A DNA stretch of 64,000 nt from Octopus bimaculoides (Eukaryota): assembly GCF_001194135.2 (NCBI RefSeq), contig NC_068984.1, positions 98,821,258-98,885,257 on the forward strand, written 5' to 3'. Shown piece by piece: positions 53,600-64,000 of the stretch. A program made the position numbers and the translations under genes. The notes under the pieces are model-generated. The model searched no databases, was not told where the DNA came from, and was given only the letters and a program-made list of their open reading frames with translations. How positions within the stretch are numbered: the stretch's first letter is position 1; each line of letters opens with the position of its first letter.

Positions 53600-54720
53600 T
53601 GCAGTAAAGGGATCAGAAATTTACTTGTCTGAGATGGTAAAGTTGTGTGTCCGTTTGAATCAGGATGTTATTGGTGAAAACTGTGTGCATGTAGCCCTCA
53701 GTGACATTAAACAGAAACACATGGAAATGGTACTACAAGTGGTCACTAAAAGAAGGAAGATGTATTGGAGAGAATGAACTATCTGTAAAGAGATCCATCT
53801 GAGGTCATTCTGTTGAAATGATCATTGAGAATTTAAAAGCAGAGAATGGAGCCTGACCAGTAGGTATAGTCACCAAGATGATGAAAAAATCTAATGAAGT
53901 AGGTCACATACTAATCTTTCACATAGGCAATCAGATAATACAGGAAGGGGTTGTTTGTAATGACTGGTATATAAAGTGTTAAAAGGTAAGTGGAGATTCT
54001 CTATAAAGAAACTATTACATAGACATCAAGTTGACGGACCAAATTATGAAAGTAACAGAACAAACTACAGTACACTAAATTAGAAAGAAAATTAGCTTAG
54101 AGGAGATGAAGTTTAAGTTTGTGCTTGGCAACACTAACACCCTCTTCTTAATGAGACAGCTACCAGAAAGTTCTTAGTTAAGTACAGTCGTACTACTTAG
54201 CATTTGTTAACCTAAAGAATATCTTTGACAGAGTGTCATGCTCTGTAGTTTAAAGATGGTTAAGAAAATAGCACATGACTTATGAGGAACATGTAAACCA
54301 TGTTCAGGGATGCAGCTAGCAAGATGAAAGTTTGCAGGTAGAGGTTCATTGAAAGGTGCCTTTGTTCTGAGCCCCCTTCTTGCTTATTATAGCTCTTCAG
54401 GTAAAAACAGAGGCGTTTAAGGGAGGCTTTCCATGGAAACTTTTGATGATCTGGTACCCTTAACTGAATCTGTTGAAAAATGTGAGGAGAAATTCTAAAT
54501 CTAGAAACAAAGTCTAGAATTAAGATGTCTTAAAGTAAACCAAGCAAATAGTTTTATTTAACACAATCCCCACTCCACCCAGATCTCTAGGAAGTGGCCA
54601 TATTTAATAAGGTAAGAAGTAATGAGTATGAATTCAGTGTATATTGTGGGTACACAAAGGATACAATGGAATCACGAGCAGACTGAAAGAAAAGATGTCA
54701 TATGAACAGTTGTGTAATGA
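53600..54720 (+). mobile_element. Old, heavily decayed RTE ORF2 relic; an inverted piece of the same region lies at about 55215-55345
   Basis: Traces resembling VRLNQDVIGENCV, KGKWEILYKE.YYIDIKLTDQIMKVTE, and ggttcattgaaaggtgcctttgttctgagcccc (the GVHQGSVLSP region). Confidence 0.6.
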
Positions 54721-54977
54721 TGGTGGTGGTGGTGGTGATGGTGTTGGTGTTATACATGTAATATGCATAAATCAATATGATAATAAATTTAAATAATGAT
54801 GGTTATTTTTAAACTTAGACTCAGAACATAAAAAGGGCACATAACAGAATCTAGAGGCTAGATGTAGTAAAATCCCTGCCTATGGCACCACTTTATCAGT
54901 GCCCTCTATCATTGATCTTCCCCCCCTCCTCCTCCTCCTCATCATCATCATCATCACCATCATCACCACCACCACAT

Positions 54978-55010
<33 letters not shown>

Positions 55011-56734
55011 TCACTTACCATCTGCATTTCTGTACTAACATGAGTTGGATGGGCCATCATGTTTTTATTCAGAGTCACTGCCCTGTCTACTCTCCAGACA
55101 AATTGGTTACAGATGTCACTCATACATTCTATTTTGGCATGATTGCAATGGCTTGATGCTTCTATAGTGTTTATTGTAGGCATCTTATAGTGACACTAGC
55201 ACTAGAAAGGTTATCTTGTTCTCAGCAAGACTAAAGAAGGGGCTCAGAACTAAGGTACCTTTCAATGAACCCCTACCTCCTAATTTTCATCTTGCTAGCT
55301 GCACCCCCAAACATGGCTTACATGTTCTTCATTAGTTGATCAGCACCAGATTACCTCTGTTCCAACAGAACTAAAAAGTCTTTATTCTCTGTTTTGTCTT
55401 CATTTGCTAATGTAGCAGTTATGTATATATTGGAAAGGGCTTGTGAAATAAAATCTAGAGATCAAAGATTGAATTTGAATTCAGAACATATAGGTATGAA
55501 ACTGAGATGCAATAAAGCTATCACACTCACCATGATGTACCCATCTCCACAATTTCTATTCTTAATATATTATTAATTCACTAATTTCATGGAGATTCAG
55601 AAACATAGATTTCAGAAATTGATGTGAAAATTAAATCTGGAATGGTTGATGTGTGAAAATATTGAGTTTTCAGAATATTCTGACAGCAGCTGATGAAGAC
55701 ATTGTTGCAGTTTCAATAGACTTAACATTCTATTATACTTAATCGATTGTCATCGTTTCACCTAATAATTCACAAATTTCTTTGTATTTTCTGTATATCT
55801 ATCTGTCTGTGTATGCATGTGTATGTGTTTGTATATATTTGTGCTTAAGAAGTTTACCTCACAATTGTAAGGTTCCAGGTTCAGTTCAAAGGTTCACTTA
55901 AATTGTTCATCACTTCCTTGTTTCTGTTTGAAACACTGAGAACTTCTTACGTTTCAAATAGGAGATGGGTTCCTTTTTGTCTCACTTTCTGCTTGAGTTC
56001 AAAATTTAGGGCTGGGGTCAGGTTTGGTTGCCAGTGAATCTATCACTGCTGTACTTGTAGAGTTAATCTCAAACAGACAATCCCATCCCACTGTTGCAGG
56101 ACTTTAAATCAGTCAATGAGACAAGCTTTGGATAATGTGTTTCATAAATGGCAACCGTGCCTGTTCACTGTTGTTGTCTTGAAGAATCTTAGTTGATGCA
56201 TCAACCTCAGTATGTGTAAACCCATCATTGTCATTCATGATATCCTCTGTGTGCATTGACACCAATTGGACCTCATGACCAGTAGAATGTGTCCCTTCTA
56301 CAAGAAGTGAAAGAGCACATACTTTAATTTAGTCAGATGTTTCCATTGACAAGATACAATGGTCAAGTCATTGTGCACTACCAAAGCAATGTAGATATCA
56401 GCCACATCTGCTGATCTCTTAGAGACAACTTCTCAGCCCTTATGCAACAAATTTGGAGCTTAGATTAGTTAATTATATTGACCTCAGTACATGTCTGGTA
56501 CTTTCTTCTGTCAAACCAGGAAGATGGAAGGTAAAGTTGACCCTGGCAAGATTTGAACTCAGAACATAAATCATTTCAACTTTATACTACAATGTTTGAT
56601 GATTTACTGTTTTTATTTAGCTGCCTAATAATAATAATGATGGTGAATTCTTGAAAGCATCATGTGAGGAGAACATTATAAGAACAGTTTACTTTTTGTG
56701 AAGGGATTTATATAAAATCATGAAAAAGAACAAA

Positions 56735-58585
56735 TATGACTGGCGAGAAACTAATAGTGTGAATGATGCAGTCCTCCCAATACAGAAGAGCCTCCAAATA
56801 GGACCAGTCAAGATACTCCACAGATCCAAAATCAGACTGTCTGGCAAGTGCACATACCCTCACACACCTGTTGTCCTCAAGTCTACTGGCACATCCCTCT
56901 CTCACCTATTGTTCTCCATGCTACAAGTATATGCTTAGGCAGTTTCATCACAGTCACCCTTCTTTATAGAAATTCACTGAAGAAGAGCACTTCCCTCTCA
57001 TTCCTTACTTTTCTTCCCAAGTAGAACTTGAAAAAGTTGATGAAAAAGTCAAAGAGGAAGTTGTCTGACCTTAATCCTTTCAGCCTCTTTCATCACACAA
57101 CCTCTTTTGCCATAATCACCAGAGAGAAGAAAACTGCCTGCCCAGCCCTATTAACCCTTTCGTTACTAACCCGGCCGTAGCCGGCCGAAAAAATTTTTGG
57201 TTCATAAGACTAACCCGGCCGTAGCCGGCCGATCGTACCCATTGTTATTTAAATGTATATTTGAACCCAAATCTCGTTAGTACATTCGCTAAAACACCTG
57301 ATTTCACTTTGCAAACAGTTAAGTTATTGTTTCCGACATTGTTTGGCGTGATATTTGAACTCAGTGAATTTTGGAAGATTTTTTTCCACATTTTTTGCGG
57401 CGTTAATTTTTTTCAACTTTGAAGATGGAGAGGAGTTTCATGCTATCAAGCAGTGATTCCGAATTTGAAGGTTTTTCAACAGAAGATATGNNNNNNNNNN
57501 NNNNNNNNNNNNNNNNNNNNNNNNNNNNNNNNNNNNNNNNNNNNNNNNNNNNNNNNNNNNNNNNNNNNNNNNNNNNNNNNNNNNNNNNNNNNNNNNNNNN
57601 NNNNNNNNNNNNNNNNNNNNNNNNNNNNNNNNNNNNNNNNNNNNNNNNNNNNNNNNNNNNNNNNNNNNNNNNNNNNNNNNNNNNNNNNNNNNNNNNNNNN
57701 NNNNNNNNNNNNNNNNNNNNNNNNNNNNNNNNNNNNNNNNNNNNNNNNNNNNNNNNNNNNNNNNNNNNNNNNNNNNNNNNNNNNNNNNNNNNNNNNNNNN
57801 NNNNNNNNNNNNNNNNNNNNNNNNNNNNNNNNNNNNNNNNNNNNNNNNNNNNNNNNNNNNNNNNNNNNNNNNNNNNNNNNNNNNNNNNNNNAACTGTAGA
57901 TGAAATACGGGCATTTTTTGCCATAAATATTATTGTGGGTATTAAACAGTTACCCAGAATAACAAATTACTGGAGTGATCAGGAACCTTTTGGCGATGAA
58001 TATATTTCCAGTATTATGAACGAGTACGATTTGTGAAGCTGAACCAATATTTACATGTGAGAGACATTAGCAGTACACCCCCCCCCAGTAGGTGGAGAAC
58101 TTTGAGACAAAAATTATGCCATAGAATTGATTAAGAACCCTTTCTTTAATTAGGTTCCAAATATCACATTAATATGTTGATAAATAAAAAAGTTACAGGT
58201 GTTTAATGAGACTAGTCTAAATGCATGATTATTTTAGAATTTAATTGAAACTCATGAGGGGTGTATTTTGGTCAGAAGTATAGTAACGAAAGGGTTAAAG
58301 AAGGTAGTGGTGCAATCTTCAATGGACTTGGCTGATAACCAGGTCCATTCTATGCACAGCTATGGCTTTTGGCGAAAATGCCATATGTTGGTGATGTTCA
58401 AACATTGCACAAGTGAATGCAATAGTTTCACCACTCTGCATGCCACTTGAACAACCCTACTTTATAACACTCTCATGCCTGGTAGAGATCATATCAAACT
58501 GGTAGAAACTCCCAAACAGACTAGCTAGTTCATCCTCAGCAATACCAAGAGTTTCTCTGAAGGCAACATCACTCAATGATCATCA
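56735..58585 (-). mobile_element. L1-Tx1 3' ORF2 fragment split by the piggyBac insertion
   Basis: Joining across the TTAA gives gaagattgcaccactaccttctttaatagggctgggcaggcagttttc..gcaaaagaggttgtg, collinear with 31440-31505. Also FFKFYLGRKVRNEREVL. Confidence 0.75.
57155..58294 (+). mobile_element. piggyBac element, internally deleted, TTAA TSDs
   Basis: TTAA|CCCTTTCGTTACTA ... TAGTAACGAAAGGG|TTAA. ORF MERSFMLSSSDSEFEGFSTED...TVDEIRAFFAINIIVGIKQLPRITNYWSDQEPFGDEYISSIM is a PGBD-like N-terminus. Confidence 0.95.
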
Positions 58586-58614
58586 CATTTGAATCTTGAG
58601 TTCCTATGCAACGC

Positions 58615-60205
58615 GCACTATGAGCTGAGAAAGAATGAAGCTTGCCTCAACCACCTTCTCTTCATGGATGATTTAAAACTGATCACAAAAACAGAGCCTG
58701 AAATGGAGAGGCTGGTTGAAACTGTGCAAATTGTGTAACAAGAATATAGGGATGGAATTTGGTATCTTGAAGCATGTGGTGCTTACTCTGAAGCAGGGAA
58801 AAAGAACAATTGTAGGGGCATAGAATTGCCAAACAGAGAGAGGACAGAATACCCAGATGATGATGAGTACAAGTAACTTGGGATCTTGGAATTGGACAAC
58901 ATCTTACACAGAGAAAAGAAAGACAAGGTCATCACTGCATATTTCAAGTGCCTTAAACTTCTCTTGAAATCAAAACTCAACTCAAGGAACCTTGTGATTG
59001 CCATCAACATATGGGCAGTTGCTGCAGTCCGCTATAGTCCACCCATCCTGAAATGGACATAAGCAGAAATTAACCAACTCAGTTGCACTACCTGAAAGAC
59101 AATGATAATGTATGGTGCCCTCCACCATAAGGCGAATGTACACAGGCTTTACATGAAGAGGGGTAAATGTGGATGTGGGCTGATTAGCGTACAGGAGTGC
59201 ATCAACAGTGAAAGAAGAAACATAGCAGAATATTTGATAAACAGTAAACAAGACCTGTTACAGTATGCTGCTAATGCAGAAGGATTTAGCAAAAATGGAC
59301 TTGAGAGTGCTCATGAATTCCAATCAAGAACAGCCAACAAAAGAGAAGAAACCCTACTCCGCATGGAATTACATGGTCAATTCCACTGTGAAACCAACAA
59401 ATTAAAAGACCAGGAAGCATCATGGAGGTGGCTTAACAAGAGTGACCTAAAAAGAATACTGAAAGCCTAATCATCACTGCCCAGGATCAGGCATTGAATA
59501 CCAACTCAGTAAAAAAGAATATATACCACACAAGTGCAACAGACCTCTGCAGAATGTGTGGGAAGATGGTTGAAAGCATGACTCACATTGTTAGTGCTTG
59601 TAAGTCTTGTGCAGAAAGAGTACAAGCACAGACATGACAAGATAGCCCCTAACCTCCACTGGCTACTATACCATAAGTATGAACATGAAGTTATGGGTGC
59701 TTGGTACCAACATACACCAGAAAAGGTAATGGATGAAAAGGGGAAGGCAAAGATACTCTGGGACTTTGACTTCCAGATAGACAAGGTATTAGAGCACCGA
59801 AGGCTGGATATAGTAACTTTTAGGAGGGACAAACAAGCGTGTCTAATAACTGTTGTGGCAGTGCCAGGAGATCAACATGTCATCATGAAAGAAAGAGAAA
59901 AGGCTGATAAATATGAGAATTGAGATCGCTAAGATGTGGCAGCTACAAGAGTCAAACATAAAGGTTATCCCTAATGTCATCGGAGCATTGGGTTCAATAC
60001 CACCCAATCTGAAAAAACATTTGTAAAGTTTAGAAATACCCCACAATCTAGGTGTATTGCAAAAGTTCGCATTATTTGGAATTGCAGACATATTGCATAA
60101 AGTACTGTCTGTCTGAGGTCCTTGTTCTGACTTGACAAATGGTACAAACCCCTGGTAGACACAGTATCTTCAATCAACAACCTCACAATATTGTATACTG
60201 TGCGA
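58615..60205 (+). mobile_element. 5'-truncated RLE-type (Dong/R4-like) LINE, a different family from 35415-37470
   Basis: LNHLLFMDDLKL (RT motif), KLNSRNLVIAINIWAVAAVRYS, CRMCGKMVESMTHIVSAC, HRRLDIVTF...VAVPGD (RLE), VIGALGSIP. Followed by (TAA)n. Confidence 0.9.
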
Positions 60206-60242
60206 TGTCTATAATAACAATAGTAATAATAATAATAATAAC

Positions 60243-60280
<38 letters not shown>

Positions 60281-60281
<1 letters not shown>

Positions 60282-60485
60282 TTCAAATTTTGGCACAAGG
60301 CCAGCAATTTCAGGGGAGTGGGTAAGTTGGTTACATTGACCACAGTGTTCATCCGGTACTTATTTTATCAACCCCAAAATGATGAAAGGCAAAGTTGACA
60401 ACTGAATTTGATCAGAATGTAAAACTGTAAAAAATGCTGCTAAGCATTTTGCTGGGCATGCTAATGATTCTGTCAACTTGCTACC

Positions 60486-60529
<44 letters not shown>

Positions 60530-61085
60530 TTTATCAACCCTAAAAGGATGAAAGGCAAAATAAACCTCAGCAGCATTTGAACTCAGAGTGTAAAGATGGA
60601 CGAAATACCATTAAGCATTTTGCCTGGTGTGCTAACGATTCTGCTAGCTCACTGCCATAATAATCTTTTCTACTAAAGGCACAAGGCCTGAAATTTGACG
60701 GGCGGGGACTAGTTGATTATATCGACCCCAGTGTTCATTGACCCTGAAAGGATGAAAGGCAAAGTCGACTTCAGCAGAATTTGCACTCTGAATGTAAAGA
60801 CAGACGGAATGCCACTAAGCAATCTGCCCAATGTGCTAACAACTCTGTCAGCTCACCACCATAATAATGATAATCCACTCTGTTATAAGCACAAGGCCCG
60901 AAATTTAGTGGAGGGGGATAGTGGATTACATCAACCCCAGTGTTTCACTGGTACTTAATTTATTGACCCCAAAAAGATGAAAGGCAAAGTCGATCTTGGC
61001 AGAATTTGAACTCTGAATGTAAAGACGGACAAAATGCCACTAAGAATTTTGCCCAGCTAGCTAACAATTCTGCCAGCCCAACCCC
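60281..61085 (-). mobile_element. Tandem array of four Deu/Nin-domain SINE copies separated by (TAA)n
   Basis: Copies at about 60281-60485, 60522-60657, 60665-60859 and 60878-61085, each with gatgaaaggcaaa and ctaagcattttgc..gctaacgattctg. Confidence 0.88.
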
Positions 61086-61772
61086 ATAATATCAATATTA
61101 ATAATAATAATATTTGTAGTTACTATTTCTTTTCTGATAGATGGATGAAGGGGACATTACAACAGTGATGATAAAAACAAGAATTGTACTCGTATACCTA
61201 GATTGTAGCACAGTGATTGGGTGATTAAGACAAATTGTTGTTGTGCTATTTACTGATTTGGACATTATTTCAGAGGCTTCAACAAAAAAAATATTGAGAT
61301 TATTATTAGCATGATGATGACGATGATGGTGATGATGGTAATGGAGTTGATTAAGTTTGTTTGTATTGATGTAAGCTGGTCACCTGACTGTAACAGACCT
61401 ATTAACTGTATAGCGGCTGATACTTCAAATTGTTGCTAATCATGCCAGCAAGCTTTTTCTATTAATTCCACTGCAAGCTGAATTTTTTTTCCTTTCTCCC
61501 AACAGAATAATGTATAGAGTAGAGTGGAGTGCTTTTTAAGTCATCTGTAGTGCTGTAGATGTTAGAAATTATATTTCAGTTAAATAAAACATTGCTGCCA
61601 TCTAAGCTATGGAATTCAATTGGTTGTACTAGGCAGAGGGGTTAGATGAAATATCATTCTAAAAAACATTAGAACATGATATATGTGTTGCAATGATGAC
61701 ATTACAATAGAGTGTCATTAGTATTAATATCAATATTAAATGTTATAATATAATATGTGACAATTAGTTGGT

Positions 61773-61834
61773 TAATAAAAATCAGAGTTTCAGATGCTGG
61801 GGCTGAAGTCTGCCCCAGTATCTCATCAGTTATT
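61773..61834 (-). ncRNA. Type I hammerhead ribozyme motif (left arm of an inverted pair)
   Basis: taataa-CTGATGA-gatactggggc-agacttca-gccccagcatc-t-GAAA-ctc-t-gat-TT-ttatta. One stem III mismatch. Confidence 0.6.
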
Positions 61835-62097
61835 AAAAAAAAAATTAATAAAAGGAAATTACTCCAATAGGCCTGGGGAAAGTAATACTTCATTCATAGA
61901 ATACGCATATGCACACATATACACACATACATACACGTATACACACACACACACGTATGTATATATATCTATATACATACTCACACACGTGTGTACATAT
62001 ACACACAAATACAAATATACATATATATATGTCTATGCATGCCTATTGGAGTACTTTCCTTTTATTCAACGTTTCTTTTTCTTCATAGTGTTTGTCT

Positions 62098-62160
62098 TGA
62101 TAACTGATGAGATGCCAGAGCAGACTTCAGCCCCGGCATCTGAAACTCTGAGTTTTATTA
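62098..62160 (+). ncRNA. Type I hammerhead ribozyme motif (right arm)
   Basis: tgataa-CTGATGA-gatgcc...ggcatc-t-GAAA-ctc-t-gag-TT-ttatta. 6-bp stem I, ACTC/GAGT stem III. Confidence 0.65.
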
Positions 62161-62269
62161 TGACAACCAACTAATCGTCACATATATATTTATAGATAAA
62201 TTCCTCTATTTTACATAATATCGAGATCTCATTCATTCTTTTGTTGTCATATTATTATTAATATACAAG

Positions 62270-62560
62270 CAGAGATACCCGGCGTTGCCCGTGTTACATG
62301 CAATTGAAGGATGAGACACATATATACATGCATACAGATATCTGTACATATATACACTCACACACACACACATACACACAAACGCACACATTAGTCAATT
62401 GTTTTTTTATCCAAAACAACGTAAAAAGTACTGAATGGATCTTTATGAAATTTGGAAATTATATTCTATGCATAACGGCCATAACCACCATCAAAATTCA
62501 TATATTTTTGATGTTGATGAAATTTTAACCATACAGATTACACACAAATAAAGTAATATT
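62270..62560 (+). mobile_element. Helentron/DINE-like non-autonomous element fragment
   Basis: agcagagatacccggcgttgcccg, then a microsatellite, then tactgaatggatctttatgaaatttgg: motifs typical of Helentron-associated interspersed elements. Motif-level evidence only. Confidence 0.45.
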
Positions 62561-64000
62561 TCTAAAATTTCTTCTTAGAAGTTACAAAGACCCCCTTCAT
62601 GGGGACTTCACACCCACAATTTAGTCATTTTTCCTAAGCAAAGACAAATACAGTTGTACTATTGGAACCTATAGGGTCACCCGAACATAACAGATGAGCA
62701 TTATTTGTAATTCAACGGTACAACAGTGTANNNNNNNNNNNNNNNNNNNNNNNNNNNNNNNNNNNNNNNNNNNNNNNNNNNNNNNNNNNNNNNNNNNNNN
62801 NNNNNNNNNNNNNNNNNNNNNNNNNNNNNNNNNNNNNNNNNNNNNNNNNNNNNNNNNNNNNNNNNNNNNNNNNNNNNNNNNNNNNNNNNNNNNNNNNNNN
62901 NNNNNNNNNNNNNNNNNNNNNNNNNNNNNNNNNNNNNNNNNNNNNNNNNNNNNNNNNNNNNNNNNNNNNNNNNNNNNNNNNNNNNNNNNNNNNNNNNNNN
63001 NNNNNNNNNNNNNNNNNNNNNNNNNNNNNNNNNNNNNNNNNNNNNNNNNNNNNNNNNNNNNNNNNNNNNNNNNNNNNNNNNNNNNNNNNNNNNNNNNNNN
63101 NNNNNNNNNNATGGATTCACACAGACACATATTCTCATCTTTATATATCTGATATTTATGCGCATGTTCGAAAATTCTAGTGTTATGGACCCTGTAAAAA
63201 GGATTTTGCTCATGAAGAATGGAGCTCTTGGAGCTGAAAAATGTAGGAGTTAAGGCCCCTATTGGGGGTGTGTGTGTTAATGTCAACCAGAGAAGTTGAA
63301 TTGTTGGGAATGTTTTTAACTTGGGTGTAATATGTATTGTTTGAATTTCTTTGAAATAGGAAATATATGTATGTTCACTGGGTTTGTAAAAGAGAGTAAA
63401 GCTACAGGAAACCAAAAGACGAATGATCACGATAATCAGTCGGCTACCCTAGCCTAGTGGTTACTACTCCCCAATGTAGGATTCTTCACCATACAGGTGA
63501 CAGGCACAGCTGTAAGATGCATTACGGATCTATAGCAACTGGAAAGGCATGACCCAGTTCAAATAAGAACGTGTGACGTTTGGAGTAAAGGGAAATGAAA
63601 GTGTCGCCTCTGGAGTTTGCAAATGACCAGTATACTGATAGGTAACTGCAGAAAAAATTTACAATTAATAAATGTCTTAGAACAACCAGTCACTCATCTG
63701 GGAAGGCCTTGAAATCAATGTTACCAACTGGGGACTATGTGTGACTCAGTGATAATAAAAAGACTGAAAGGAGGCCTGCAGCGAAATAATTTTACTCAAC
63801 ACTTTGCAAGTGAATCAGTGGAGGCAAAGATGCGTCTCATTTACTTGACAATCTATGCACCACATTGCAGAAATCACAATGTAAGTATATCTGAAAGGAT
63901 AGTTTTACACTGTTGTACTGTTGAATTACAAATAATGCTCATCTGTTATGTTCGGGTGATCCTATAGGTTCCAATAGTACAACTGTATTCGTCTTTGCTT

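Noticed and set aside
61480-61540. Strong-looking acceptor ttttttcctttctcccaacag as the next KIF25 exon
   Set aside because: All three frames hit stops quickly and none gives the expected SGVTG..LRE..INRSL motif.
63484-63540. VTGTAVR peptide resembling the start of the next KIF25 exon
   Set aside because: A stop follows within 13 codons and the phase and acceptor do not fit. Chance match.

Overview
AT-rich, microsatellite-saturated eukaryotic DNA from a draft assembly. N-gaps lie at 23988-24578, 40091-40190, 40672-40917, 41726-41735, 50280-50951, 57491-57890 and 62731-63110. The repeat content (tRNA SINEs, RTE, Dong/R4-like, L1-Tx1 and Penelope elements) suggests an octopus or other coleoid cephalopod; this is inference. 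The only host-gene sequence I can support is two in-phase exons of a KIF25-like kinesin-14 on the + strand (19085-19281 and 27162-27281), encoding switch I HEHSSRSH and switch II LVDLAGSECVG. The rest is intronic or intergenic and filled with decayed and nested transposons: Tc1 DD34E, maT DD37D, mariner, piggyBac, Ty3/gypsy, RTE, Dong/R4-like, Tx1, Penelope and SINEs. The most interesting signal is a set of minimal type I hammerhead ribozyme motifs from at least four unrelated repeat families. They include a tRNA-headed SINE-like element with a hammerhead-bearing tail and a 12-bp TSD (42245-42616), and two fold-back structures each carrying two hammerheads (43130-44060 and 61745-62190). All alignments and folds were done by eye. 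Nothing was computed or searched.
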